IMG/VR virus record: IMGVR_UViG_3300040781_000267
Span: 1-56,932 of that record
Length of the DNA: 56,932 nucleotides
Origin: a virus
Lineage: Duplodnaviria; Caudoviricetes
Reading direction: 5' to 3' (one strand)
The position numbers and the translations under genes were made by a program. Below the pieces are notes generated by a model. The model was not told the DNA's origin and searched no databases. It saw only the letters and a list, made by a program, of their open reading frames with translations. Positions 1-10,328 of this stretch are shown here, one piece after another; the stretch's first letter is position 1; each line of letters opens with the position of its first letter.

Positions 1-2
1 CC

Positions 3-995
3 AAGGACATCGATTTGTATCTGATTAAATAGAGCACTTGCACTCGCTGCTTTAGCTAGTACAGCAGATCCTTCTCTTTTTATGGTCTTTAGTGTACTAA
101 GTGCCGTCTGTACATTCGACACCGCAGGGGCAGTTCCGGTGCCTGTAGTTGCAGTGCTGGTGGCAGTAGTAGCACTAACAAAATTTTCAAATGCTGCAAT
201 TTCAAATCCTTTAGATTTTTCTAAAGAAAAATAGTCATATACGTCAGCTGGGATTATATCGTCGGCTTCTACCCACTGATTATAGAAATCGTAGGTAAGC
301 CATTCGTAATCAAATGTCATATTAATCTCAACTGCATCACTCGTGTCGTATGCTAGCGTATCGTGATCAAACGATGTTATACGAGGATTAAACAGTGTGG
401 TCTTAGTTGCTTGTCCGCCTTGTACCTGATATATTTCCATCTTCTTAAACAGGTATTTGTCGTTTTGTACCTTAGGAAGATTATAACCGAACTGGCCCTG
501 CCTAAAAGCCTCTGGATTGGTTCTTCCTATTTGTTTTTCTGTGGTGTCGACTGTGCGATCGCCATCTAAGAAATAATACTCATAGTAGGCCTGCCACACC
601 TTCATAGTCAGGCCACCGACTACATCATGAAATGTAACCTTGGCAGGTCCAAATTCTAAACGCTGTTGATTTATACGTTGACGATTATATTCGTTTATTT
701 TGTCGGTATTAATGCCTACCGATGGCATAGATATGTTTTTTACGAGTGTCGTAGAACTGTTACTATCTAAGCCGGTGAATATCGTGTTAACGTGTTCGCC
801 TGCATTCGAATTATAGTATAGCTTAACATAGAACTCGAATCCGAGAAATGGGGCCGCAGTAAAGTAACTGTTATCGAGGCCGAAAACACTAGATGCAACA
901 TTGGGGGACCGCATATACGTCCCCAGGCTCTCTGTGGAGTTACCCTCAAGAAACCCAGGGACGTTGTCCTTTAGTAAGTCTAAGAGACTAGGCAC
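3..995 (-). CDS. Tail tube-like protein (gp19/gp54-like paralog), truncated by the left edge; absent from the ORF track
   Basis: Read manually from GTG at 995 after AGGAG: MPSLLDLLKDNVPG...LVKNISMPSVGINTDKINEYNRQRINQQRLEFGPAKVTFHD...WQAYYEYYF...LFNPRITSFDHDTLAY...INMTFDYEW. Tube-fold pattern, directly downstream of the tube gene. Confidence 0.75.
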   Translation of the reverse strand, partial: MPSLLDLLKDNVPGFLEGNSTESLGTYMRSPNVASSVFGLDNSYFTAAPFLGFEFYVKLYYNSNAGEHVNTIFTGLDSNSSTTLVKNISMPSVGINTDKINEYNRQRINQQRLEFGPAKVTFHDVVGGLTMKVWQAYYEYYFLDGDRTVDTTEKQIGRTNPEAFRQGQFGYNLPKVQNDKYLFKKMEIYQVQGGQATKTTLFNPRITSFDHDTLAYDTSDAVEINMTFDYEWLTYDFYNQWVEADDIIPADVYDYFSLEKSKGFEIAAFENFVSATTATSTATTGTGTAPAVSNVQTALSTLKTIKREGSAVLAKAASASALFNQIQIDVL

Positions 996-1010
996 TAAAC
1001 CGTACTCCTA

Positions 1011-1625
1011 TTAACCGAATGTCGCTCCACCTGTTGGGCTAGGTAAGTTGATCATTGGATCGTCACCCACTGTGTTGCCGCCGTTGGTGTTAGGTCCGCG
1101 TAAGTTAGTAGCAACATCATAACGGATAGTTAGTTCAACTATACCAGACTCAGATGATGCGTAATCGCCATCGGGATAAGATGCATTCTGCAACCAGCAA
1201 CCGTCCATTCTCCAGGATTCTAATTCTTCGTTAGTAGTACCGTCCAAAGAATCGATTTCTAACGCAAACTTATAGTTAATACCTGCTACTGCAGATGTTT
1301 GCTCGAAGTGGTTGATTTGCTTCTGTAGCTGGGCACCAACGGCTGAAATTACTGCGTTATTAATGTCGTCACGCAATGTAATTGTAATTGATTCCCATGC
1401 ATGTTTGCCGCCGATGTATGCTACAGAGTTATAGGCATGCAACTCAACTTCTACTTGAGAAATTTTAGGTCTAGTTGCAGTCACCACGTTCTGTGTCATC
1501 TCACGGATGGATTGGTTAATACCGAAGTTGAAAAACTTTGCTCTAAAACGATACTGTTGCTTCGGATGCAAAATACCTAAGTTTTGGCCGTCTAACGGTA
1601 CACCGAATTTTGATAAATCTGCCAT
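1011..1625 (-). CDS. Tail tube protein (T4 gp19-like)
   Basis: 204 aa with HPKQQYRFR, GKHAWESITITLRDD, WRMDGCW and LTIRYD; follows the sheath gene. Confidence 0.9.
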   Translation of the reverse strand: MADLSKFGVPLDGQNLGILHPKQQYRFRAKFFNFGINQSIREMTQNVVTATRPKISQVEVELHAYNSVAYIGGKHAWESITITLRDDINNAVISAVGAQLQKQINHFEQTSAVAGINYKFALEIDSLDGTTNEELESWRMDGCWLQNASYPDGDYASSESGIVELTIRYDVATNLRGPNTNGGNTVGDDPMINLPSPTGGATFG

Positions 1626-1661
1626 TTTATTCTCCTAAGAATACTAAAATTGTGCTTGTAT

Positions 1662-1670
1662 GTATTTATC
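1662..1670 (-). promoter_or_regulatory. Late-promoter-like motif GATAAATAC upstream of tail tube
   Basis: Resembles the T4 late -10 box TATAAATA; the motif recurs before many structural genes here. Confidence 0.7.
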
Positions 1671-1703
1671 AATTATGGTAGAAAATTATTTCAAGCCAAA
1701 AGA

Positions 1704-1725
1704 AAAGGAGCATAAATGCTCCTTT
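1704..1725 (-). terminator. Intrinsic terminator after sheath
   Basis: AAAGGAGCA-TTTA-TGCTCCTTT followed by TCTTTT on the minus strand. Confidence 0.65.
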
Positions 1726-1743
1726 CCTGTATTTAACGCTATC

Positions 1744-4272
1744 TTATGCGTTGCCGATATCTGCTGCAAGATCTGCACCAGTGTTCTTAATGCGAATCGG
1801 AATGTATATAAATTCGATTGCTTTAATCGGAACAATAGCAAGATCAACCCATAGCTCGTTACGATCAATTCTAGCAGGTGTGTTGTTGCTCTGGTCACAC
1901 ACTACTAGGAAGTCGGACAATCCGCGCAATGTTACTAGTTCTGCAAGAAAACGCTCGAATGCATCGGAAACGTTATCACGTGTCTGGCCATCGTTTGGCT
2001 CAAACAAGAACGGTCTTGCTATCTTCTCAGATTCGTATCTGATATAGTTAACTAGACGTGCAACATTGATTCTGCTCATAGCAGAGTCGAATGGGTTACG
2101 AGTCTTCTGTCCGTATGCAACTAAGCCTTCGCCCGGTACAAAAGCAATCGGGTTAATGTTGTTAGTATATAACACATCGCGCTGACCCTGGTTTAGTGTA
2201 ACTGGCTGGAATTCACCTTCGCCATTTACATAACCAACTACGCCAGCATTGCTAATTCTACCGCGTGTTAGTCCAGCTGGAGCAAACCACGGATACGCAA
2301 CTTGGTCGTTATAGGCTAAAGTACGTAGCATCATGTGGCTCGGTGGAACAACAACATCAACTCCGTCTATGTTAGTAGACAATCCGCTTGGATAGTAAAC
2401 ACCCAAGTACGGATCGGAAGTAAGTAGTGCTTCTTGTCCGTTGCCTGACGCATTTGCTGCATTAGTCGCGTATGCTTGTAAGTCGGTTGCATTAGACGGA
2501 AGATCAAACGGAGTATCGCCTACGATGAATCCAGTTTCTTTTCTGTCGATGTTCAAGGCAACCATCTCATCGATAGTTTCTGGATAGCCAGGAGTTGCCA
2601 TGATGTTAAAGAAGATAAACTCAGAACGTACATCTGTATTAGATACAAGTACTTCTTGCATCGCTTGCACAACAATAGCTCGCTGTGCATCGGTGCCCAT
2701 CTTCGGGGAACCGTCGACGTTGTTGCCAGATGCATTAACCCAACGACCTTCATAAACAGGAACGTTCGAAGCAGTTAATCCAACTTCAAGTGCAGGATCC
2801 CACTCTTTAACATTACGAGTAGAGAAACGTGTGTTCCACAGTAACATGCCTGCTGGATACGCATCAGGATCTGGTGCATCGATATCTAAATCTGGGCCGG
2901 CGCCGTTGTAGCTTCCTGCAATGTTAACGTCTCTTACGTATGTAGGATTAGGTCTTGCATCAGCAAATATAATACCATTGTTTGTTGTTTGGTCCGTGTT
3001 ATTTACAAGGAACCACTGCTGTGCAGTAAAATTCCAACGCTTAATAACAGGATACGAATCTAGCTGGTCGGTGTCGACCCATATATCGCCATCTATTAAG
3101 CTACCTGCACCAACACTGTTAACTGGATCTAACGATTGTAGATAAACTGTAGGAACACCAACAACAGGCGTTTGTCCTGGGAGGTTCATATTTTCCCAGC
3201 TTCCTGTGCCGTTGTTCACTAGCAAGTCAACTGTAGATTCGCCATTTCCGTCTACGCCTACCTCTGGATTATACCAGAAAGTGCCTGCTGCTGGACCACG
3301 ACGTGGCTCAGTTGGGCTAGCAATAAAACCAGTTGCTGCAACCCACGCAGTTCCATCATACCGGTAAAGTCCGAATGCAGAAGTTGCACTATATTGTAGG
3401 TAGAAGTCGCCAACGCTTACACTAGTGCCGGTCGGAGCAGATGCAAGTACAGGAACAGACTGTAGTACATAGTTGCCTGTTTCTGCAGACAATACACCAA
3501 TCACATAATATGCGCCGCCGTTTCCTGCGCTAGACTTAACCCAGAAGTCGCCAGTTGCAAGCGGAGTAATTCCGTCTGACTGGAACGATGGCCACACTGG
3601 ACCTGCTTGATAATCGGCTACATCTTGTAGTTCTTCCCACTGCCATGTTACACCAGGGTCATTTATGTCAGACCAAACGTAGTAAGTAATTGCGCCAGTA
3701 AGAGAGTCAGAGGACATAGCGTAATCGCCAGGCGAAGCAAGCTCTGCATTATTTACAGGAACATCTATGTAAATGTAGCTAACGTCCTGTGAAACCCAAG
3801 TTGGGCCATTAACGCCAGCAGCATTGTACAAGAAAATGCCATATTGTGTTTGTTCTGTATCAAACCATACTGTTCCCGGTGCTTCTGTTGCAGTTGGCTC
3901 AGATACACTAGGATCTAATTCTGCAAGGTTAACGTCTGCACGAATAATAAATGCGCGGTTTGCAATACCTAGATACGAATGAGCTGCTAGTAGGCCGTAT
4001 TCGTTCAGCGGAGAACCGTTGATTGAGTTACCACCTACGCTTTGGAAAATCGGATCACCAAAAGTTTGTAGCAATTCACGCTGACTGGTCATTAGATACA
4101 GTTTGTTTGAATTTGCTTTAGTTGTCCCAGGAGCGGTAGCAGTACCGTCTGGGGTTGTCTTATCTTGTGCTGTAGCGATTAGTACGAAAGGTACAGTTCC
4201 TTGACCGGCTCCTTGCGAGATGCTCTCGTCAATTACCGATACACTAACGCCTGGGCTAGTAAGTGTTGCCAT
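1744..4272 (-). CDS. Contractile tail sheath protein
   Basis: N-terminal SPGVSVSVIDES; C-terminal WFAPAGLTRG, NINPI, RINVARL, FLFEPND, VVCDQSNNTPARIDRNELWVD and KAIEFIYIPI. Confidence 0.95.
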   Translation of the reverse strand: MATLTSPGVSVSVIDESISQGAGQGTVPFVLIATAQDKTTPDGTATAPGTTKANSNKLYLMTSQRELLQTFGDPIFQSVGGNSINGSPLNEYGLLAAHSYLGIANRAFIIRADVNLAELDPSVSEPTATEAPGTVWFDTEQTQYGIFLYNAAGVNGPTWVSQDVSYIYIDVPVNNAELASPGDYAMSSDSLTGAITYYVWSDINDPGVTWQWEELQDVADYQAGPVWPSFQSDGITPLATGDFWVKSSAGNGGAYYVIGVLSAETGNYVLQSVPVLASAPTGTSVSVGDFYLQYSATSAFGLYRYDGTAWVAATGFIASPTEPRRGPAAGTFWYNPEVGVDGNGESTVDLLVNNGTGSWENMNLPGQTPVVGVPTVYLQSLDPVNSVGAGSLIDGDIWVDTDQLDSYPVIKRWNFTAQQWFLVNNTDQTTNNGIIFADARPNPTYVRDVNIAGSYNGAGPDLDIDAPDPDAYPAGMLLWNTRFSTRNVKEWDPALEVGLTASNVPVYEGRWVNASGNNVDGSPKMGTDAQRAIVVQAMQEVLVSNTDVRSEFIFFNIMATPGYPETIDEMVALNIDRKETGFIVGDTPFDLPSNATDLQAYATNAANASGNGQEALLTSDPYLGVYYPSGLSTNIDGVDVVVPPSHMMLRTLAYNDQVAYPWFAPAGLTRGRISNAGVVGYVNGEGEFQPVTLNQGQRDVLYTNNINPIAFVPGEGLVAYGQKTRNPFDSAMSRINVARLVNYIRYESEKIARPFLFEPNDGQTRDNVSDAFERFLAELVTLRGLSDFLVVCDQSNNTPARIDRNELWVDLAIVPIKAIEFIYIPIRIKNTGADLAADIGNA

Positions 4273-4304
4273 TTTATAAACTCCTATAAGTTTTTTTGCT
4301 ATAG

Positions 4305-4313
4305 GTATTTATC
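4305..4313 (-). promoter_or_regulatory. Late-promoter-like motif GATAAATAC upstream of sheath
   Basis: Exact motif about 30 nt before the start codon. Confidence 0.7.
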
Positions 4314-4354
4314 GCATCCTAGCTAAAAACCATGGTTTATAACCCAGCCTAATC

Positions 4355-4978
4355 TTAGAACAATGTCCTTTCCACGTTATCGTACAATATTTCTAGGGTA
4401 TCTTCGTTAACAATTTCGTGATTTACGGGGCTTCCTGCCCAGGCCCACTCGCTATAGTGTGCCTCAGGAAAATTAGTTTTCATTTCATTCCATGCATCTT
4501 CGTCGCCACGATTTGCGCTTACTGCAATATCATACCACACCGGGTTAGGGCCACGTTTTACCCAAACTAGGATTCCGCCGAGATCACGCACCATTTGCAT
4601 TTCGTTGGGGAATCTTACATCAGCAATAACTACATCGTTATTCGGATTCTTTTGAATTCTGTTCTTTACAGTAAGAAACCATATGTCGGGATGAAAGTGT
4701 GTTCGTATTGCATCTGTGCCGACCAACTGTAATGCTAGTCGTGGAGAGAAATTAGGAATAGATAATTCTTTTGACCACCACTCATCTGTAACTTCACGAT
4801 ATGCCCTCGATTCAGCTGTGTCGCCTTCGAGCATATCTCGCGGCCAGTCGAAAATCACAGAGCAGGCATCCTTGAGGGATGATGCAAAGCTATCCTTTGT
4901 GAATTGTTTTTGATCTACGAGATAATCTGATACAGTTCCTTTTCCGGAACCGATAAAGCCCATTACGCCTATCAGCAT
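4355..4978 (-). CDS. Deoxynucleoside monophosphate kinase (T4 gp1-like)
   Basis: P-loop GFIGSGKGT, SFASSLKD, PRLALQLVGTD and DVRFPNE. Confidence 0.9.
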   Translation of the reverse strand: MLIGVMGFIGSGKGTVSDYLVDQKQFTKDSFASSLKDACSVIFDWPRDMLEGDTAESRAYREVTDEWWSKELSIPNFSPRLALQLVGTDAIRTHFHPDIWFLTVKNRIQKNPNNDVVIADVRFPNEMQMVRDLGGILVWVKRGPNPVWYDIAVSANRGDEDAWNEMKTNFPEAHYSEWAWAGSPVNHEIVNEDTLEILYDNVERTLF

Positions 4979-5044
4979 AAAGCCTCCGTGTTATTATTAT
5001 TTTACTTATAATAACACAGAGGCTTTTAGTTTGTCAAGTAATAA

Positions 5045-8000
5045 TTATGGGCCACCACCACCGACACTACGGACACCAACCTGAACTTGACCGTCGTCTC
5101 CGTTAGCAATTCTATTGCCGCCGAATATCAACGTCTTGTTCTGTGGAGTCGGGTCAGTTACTTCTGCACTATAGCCCGTAAAAGTTTCGTTACTGTCGGT
5201 TGTAGTAATAGCAGCGAATGCATACTCAGTGTCGTTGAAATCGTATGCGAATGTAAACAATGCACCTTGGTCTGTGTTGTTGTCAGAATCCCTCGGCGAT
5301 CCCACTGTAATTGTAAGTTCGTCTGGGCTAATTGCAACCGACATACCGAACTCCCACCCGTCGCCGCCGCCTCCCGGAGGAGTTAATGTCTGGAAATAAT
5401 CCCAGGTGTTGCCGTTTCGAGTATAGACATATACTGCCCCAGGGCCGTTTGTAGCATTAGATACCTTCGGCGCATATGGTGATCCGACTACTAATACTCC
5501 GCCTGTGGCAGATATTGCCACTGATGTTCCGAAGTTTTCGTTAGTGTATGCAGACGAAGTATATGTTAGCAAATCTGTCTGTGACCATGTATCAGCTACA
5601 GTTTCCACAAATACATACACTACGCCGTCGCCAGCTGCGCCGCCACTACTAGTTGCATCGGGCGCTCCGACTACAATTACATCGCCGGTTGTAGTGGTTG
5701 CTATCGATCTAGCTACTGCGCCGGTTTCAGCTGTGCCGGTTAGTGTATCTAGCACCGATGCTGATGTCCAGGTCGGGCCACCCGAATATACTACCGCGGT
5801 GGCCGGTGTTCCGGCTTTGCTAACTATCAGCCGATCACCGTTACCAGTTAATGCCATTGCTTCGCCTAAGTATTCGCCTGCTGTTCCGGTTACAGCGGTC
5901 GCCGGTGACCACGAGCTTGCTGTTAAATCAGCTGACACAAATATATCCACACTGCCTTTGTCTGTGTCCCAGGTAGAATCACTAACTGCTACAATTTCCC
6001 CGTTTTCGGATATTCCTACCGAATCACCAAAAGAACCGACACCTGATACCTGAGATGAGGTAAGTGAATCTAATTCTGCCCATCCTCCGATGTTAGTATA
6101 AACATACGCCGTATTTTCTCCCTTCGCACCAATCACAACATAGTTACCATACGTCGAAATGTCTATTGCAGACCCAAACTCTCCGTCAGTAACTGTACCC
6201 TGAATAATCGTTGCGGCACCGTACACCACCGGAGCATCTAAGTCAGCTGTGATATATTGATAAACTGCTCCTGCACCTTCTTCTGTACCGACGTCTATAT
6301 TAGGTGCGCCGACAAAGAAGGTCGACCCGTCGCCTCCTGTAGTAATATTCTTTTCACCGAACTTACTAAAATTTATGTCGTTGGCTACCTGCCCTACTAC
6401 TGCCCATGTAGATCCTGTGCGCTCATACACATAGACTTGATTTGGCTCTACCCCAGCAGATACAGTAATAGTGTCACCGTCGGCAGAAATAGAAACTGTA
6501 CTACCGAAGTACGAATATGCATTAAAATTAGGAGCTATTAATGGATCTCCCTGTTGAATCCATGTTCCGGGATTTCCGGGTAAGTCCTCAACAAATACAG
6601 TCGCAGTGCCCACGGAGTATAGGCCATCAATTGGCGCACCCGGTGCGCCAACTACTAGTGTTTCTCCTGTGCTGTCTGCTGCTACTGATGTTCCGAAATA
6701 ACTATACCAATTGGGAGTCGAAGGTGTTAACGTAACTTCGGTTCCCCACGACGATATTGCTCCACCTGTAAACACCTTGGCGAGCCCGCCTAGTTCCACG
6801 CCGTCTGTGTATGCAAACGGGAACCCAATTACAACTGTCTCAGCGTCACCACTGATGTCGACATCACTGTTTCTCCAAGCATTAGCAACATTAGGATCCG
6901 ACGTCGACAAATATGTCTGCGTTCCCCATGTCGTGCCGTGTAACACCGGCGCTTGATAAACACCATTAACATCGGGATCATTTACTCCTACTACAATAGT
7001 AGCACCGTCGTCCGATATCCCGAGAGATGTCCCGAAATAATTGTAACTATATGGAGAGGCTGCTGTTACGGTAGTTTGTGTCGCCCAATCTGTACCGCTG
7101 TGGATATAAACTGCGCCTGCGCTAGTTAAGGCTGTTACTGCTAGATATGGATCACTAGTTACAATAACAGACCCATCGCCGGATATTTTTGTGACTCGCC
7201 CGAATTCGTTAGTACCACCGGGTGACGTTAATACGGTATCCTGACTCCATGTCGGCGAATTGAGTACATGTATCGACTGTGGCGTTGATCCAGTAACGCC
7301 AACAACTAAGGTTAAATTGTCGTCGGTTATATCGGTGCTTACACCAAAGTATTCATATGAACCGGGAACTTCTGCAGTGATAAACGAATAATCGGGTGCT
7401 GGTGTCGGGGTCGATGTTGTTATAAACACCGAACCCACATTATCAGATTCGAATTCTAGCATAGGCACATGTCCGTCGCTTGGATAATTCGGGGCGCCTG
7501 CTACAATAGTATCTCCGTTTGACGAAATTGCAACCGTTCTACTTGCGTGTTGCCAATATCTCGCGTATGCAGTTATCCATTCGTTATCGATTGCGCCAGT
7601 GGTAGTGTCTATTATATAAAATTTACCATCTTGTTCTGTGGGAGTGCCGCCAAGTTGTGCGTCAGGTGTTAAACTATCGAACTGTGCAGACCCAACAAGA
7701 ACTTTCGATCCATCTGGCAGAATCTGAAGAGAACTACCGAAACCAACAAATCCGGCGACAGGGGCGCTTATCTTTAGTGTCTGTGTCCAGGTGTTACCTG
7801 ATCTTGCAAATATATAAACAGACTGATTCGGAGAAGTATTTGATCCGATTGCTGCCGTTGAAGCATCCGCTGACATAGATATACTCTGACCAAAAGAATC
7901 ATCATCTGCGACATCGTTAGATTGGAAAATTTGTTGCTGTGTCCACGTATTACCCGCTCGCGTATAATAAAAAACATGACCCTGATAACTTTCACCCGGA

Positions 8001-9007
8001 TAATTATTGCCGCCTTCGTCTGCCACCAGCAAATGATTACCATCAGCTGATATTTTTATAGAGGTGCCGAAGCGAGCACCTTCGTACTGCACGGATGGAT
8101 AGATCGAAGTTTGCTCAGTCCAAACTGAACCGGAACGTGTATACCAGTACACCCGACCTTCGCTGTTGGTAACAGCATCGTAATTAGGATCTCCGGCAAT
8201 AATCGTATTCCCATCGTCGGATATAGATACGTTATTCCCGAAGTCGAATCCGCTGGCTGCATTCGATGGTGTTATTTTATCTTCGTATTGCCACTGGAAG
8301 GACTGTGGGTCGCGAGTGAATACATACAAGGCGCCGGCGTTGCTACCTGCATCGTCGTCATTCGGTGCACCGATTACAACTGTGGTTGCATCGGGTGTCA
8401 TTGCCATCGAGGTGCCAAGTAAATCGTTCGCGCCGAGGCCAATCCCGCCTTCGTTTCCTATTGTGTATACTAAAGACCATTCGTTAATGTTAGCGCCTGT
8501 GCCGCGTTCGTAATATCGAGCCGTTCCACAGTCAACACCATTTGTAGTATTATCTCTCGGTGCAGTCACTAACATTTTAGTGCCGTCTGCCGATATAGCA
8601 ACTTGTGTCCCGTACTGTCCGTTTGACTCGTCAGACACCGACGGTATACGTTGCTGCGACCAAGGATCCTGTGGCTCCGATATAACAATAGAAACGGTGC
8701 CGTTGCCTCCGTTTAAATATCCCGAACCACCGTCTAGTACACTTACACTGTCAATTTCACAGGTCATAGGATTCACACCTACGTAGAAAGACGCAGGCGA
8801 TCCACCTGCACCGTATCCTGGCGATATAACTAGTACACTAGGCTGTACACCACAGTAATTAGCACCGGAGTTAGTAATAGTTATTCCGGTTATGACCCCT
8901 CCAGTCACTTCGCCTGTTACTTGTGCCTGGGGGTCGATGGGCGCATCGCCTGGGGCTATTATAACTCGGCCAGTTATAACTGAAAGTCCGCTAAAATTTA
9001 CACTCAT
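5045..9007 (-). CDS. Large FG-GAP repeat (multiple beta-propeller) virion fibre or adhesin
   Basis: Many FG-x-SVAISxDG...VVGAP...GAVYVF repeats; an exact TATAAATA lies at 9037-9044 upstream. Confidence 0.8.
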   Translation of the reverse strand: MSVNFSGLSVITGRVIIAPGDAPIDPQAQVTGEVTGGVITGITITNSGANYCGVQPSVLVISPGYGAGGSPASFYVGVNPMTCEIDSVSVLDGGSGYLNGGNGTVSIVISEPQDPWSQQRIPSVSDESNGQYGTQVAISADGTKMLVTAPRDNTTNGVDCGTARYYERGTGANINEWSLVYTIGNEGGIGLGANDLLGTSMAMTPDATTVVIGAPNDDDAGSNAGALYVFTRDPQSFQWQYEDKITPSNAASGFDFGNNVSISDDGNTIIAGDPNYDAVTNSEGRVYWYTRSGSVWTEQTSIYPSVQYEGARFGTSIKISADGNHLLVADEGGNNYPGESYQGHVFYYTRAGNTWTQQQIFQSNDVADDDSFGQSISMSADASTAAIGSNTSPNQSVYIFARSGNTWTQTLKISAPVAGFVGFGSSLQILPDGSKVLVGSAQFDSLTPDAQLGGTPTEQDGKFYIIDTTTGAIDNEWITAYARYWQHASRTVAISSNGDTIVAGAPNYPSDGHVPMLEFESDNVGSVFITTSTPTPAPDYSFITAEVPGSYEYFGVSTDITDDNLTLVVGVTGSTPQSIHVLNSPTWSQDTVLTSPGGTNEFGRVTKISGDGSVIVTSDPYLAVTALTSAGAVYIHSGTDWATQTTVTAASPYSYNYFGTSLGISDDGATIVVGVNDPDVNGVYQAPVLHGTTWGTQTYLSTSDPNVANAWRNSDVDISGDAETVVIGFPFAYTDGVELGGLAKVFTGGAISSWGTEVTLTPSTPNWYSYFGTSVAADSTGETLVVGAPGAPIDGLYSVGTATVFVEDLPGNPGTWIQQGDPLIAPNFNAYSYFGSTVSISADGDTITVSAGVEPNQVYVYERTGSTWAVVGQVANDINFSKFGEKNITTGGDGSTFFVGAPNIDVGTEEGAGAVYQYITADLDAPVVYGAATIIQGTVTDGEFGSAIDISTYGNYVVIGAKGENTAYVYTNIGGWAELDSLTSSQVSGVGSFGDSVGISENGEIVAVSDSTWDTDKGSVDIFVSADLTASSWSPATAVTGTAGEYLGEAMALTGNGDRLIVSKAGTPATAVVYSGGPTWTSASVLDTLTGTAETGAVARSIATTTTGDVIVVGAPDATSSGGAAGDGVVYVFVETVADTWSQTDLLTYTSSAYTNENFGTSVAISATGGVLVVGSPYAPKVSNATNGPGAVYVYTRNGNTWDYFQTLTPPGGGGDGWEFGMSVAISPDELTITVGSPRDSDNNTDQGALFTFAYDFNDTEYAFAAITTTDSNETFTGYSAEVTDPTPQNKTLIFGGNRIANGDDGQVQVGVRSVGGGGP

Positions 9008-9045
9008 AATACATTCCTAAATCAATTTATTGTTGTTATTTATAC

Positions 9046-10317
9046 TCAGTAAGCTGATGTCTTAAATGCATATGCTGTGCCGGCATCGGCTTCGGCCACT
9101 ACCGTAGCGTTCGGTGCACCGGACATCGAAAATTCACCATTGCCGCTTACCGCTGTTGAAAAGCCTAACCTATCGCCGGTGGCAGAATTACTTCCGACTA
9201 TCTTCGTACCACTATCCCATGCACTACCGGACCATTTAAACAGGTATTCTGCTCCGGTGTCGGAATCTGCGCCTGGGGCTCCCACTACTAATGTATTACC
9301 ATCCGCCGACAACGAAACACTTCTTCCGAATTCCCAGCCGGCGGCGCCATCTGATGCAGTTAATATCGTTTGCTGTGTCCATGCTAATGGGCCACCTGTA
9401 AAAATGTATACTGCACCCTCGTCGGATGATGCACCGGGGGCGCCGATGGCAATTACCGATGCATCGGTATTAGTTGATATAGACTCACCAAACGCAGTGA
9501 ATGCTACCTCTACTGTCGGTCCAAGTATAATATGCGATCCGTATGTTGATCCGGATTTCGTGTACAGATACACAGAACCAGATGTCGTAGTTCCAGTTGG
9601 CTTGCCATTGGGTGCGCCAACTAGCAAATAATCACCGTTACCACTCAAACACACCTCTCGACTAAAGCTAGATCCGCTGGGTGTAAATGCATCCGGATCT
9701 GTCAATATCTGTTCTGTGTCGAATGTAGTTGTTGTTGTATAGTAAACATATGCTCTACCCGTGATAGTTGTTCCTGCATTCTGTCTACCGACCGCAATAT
9801 AATCGCCCGCATCAGTAATACTAACCGACTGACCGAAGTATGCATAATATCCGTAAGATGCATTGTCACTTGCTTCGAGCATTGTTGCCAAGGACCACGT
9901 TGATCCGGATTTTGTATACACATATGCAGCGCCGGTGAATGATACTACTCCGCCGGAGTAGCGTTTGGCTGCAATGACCATAGTGGTGCCGGCATTGTCG
10001 ATGTCGAGTGAATAGCCGAATTGTTCATAATTCATATATGCAGACGGAGTTGATATTGCTGCTACCTCTGACCACGTCGGACCATCGTAAACATACACGG
10101 CACCGTTACGATTAGCGTACGGATCATTTAGCGACGATCTCATAGCTCCGATCACAAGCACTGTATTATCGTCTGTGGACGCCATACTAAATCCAAACTG
10201 GTTGTAATTTTCGTATGGATCCTCTGTTAATATCTGGGCGTCGGGTACGGGAGTATCGCCGTACTTCAAAGTTATAAGTCCGCCAAAGGCTGCGCCGCCT
10301 TTTATTCTCATTGACAT
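9046..10317 (-). CDS. FG-GAP repeat beta-propeller protein
   Basis: About 7 FG...GAP...GAVY repeats. Confidence 0.8.
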   Translation of the reverse strand: MSMRIKGGAAFGGLITLKYGDTPVPDAQILTEDPYENYNQFGFSMASTDDNTVLVIGAMRSSLNDPYANRNGAVYVYDGPTWSEVAAISTPSAYMNYEQFGYSLDIDNAGTTMVIAAKRYSGGVVSFTGAAYVYTKSGSTWSLATMLEASDNASYGYYAYFGQSVSITDAGDYIAVGRQNAGTTITGRAYVYYTTTTTFDTEQILTDPDAFTPSGSSFSREVCLSGNGDYLLVGAPNGKPTGTTTSGSVYLYTKSGSTYGSHIILGPTVEVAFTAFGESISTNTDASVIAIGAPGASSDEGAVYIFTGGPLAWTQQTILTASDGAAGWEFGRSVSLSADGNTLVVGAPGADSDTGAEYLFKWSGSAWDSGTKIVGSNSATGDRLGFSTAVSGNGEFSMSGAPNATVVAEADAGTAYAFKTSAY

Positions 10318-10328
10318 AATTTATCCTA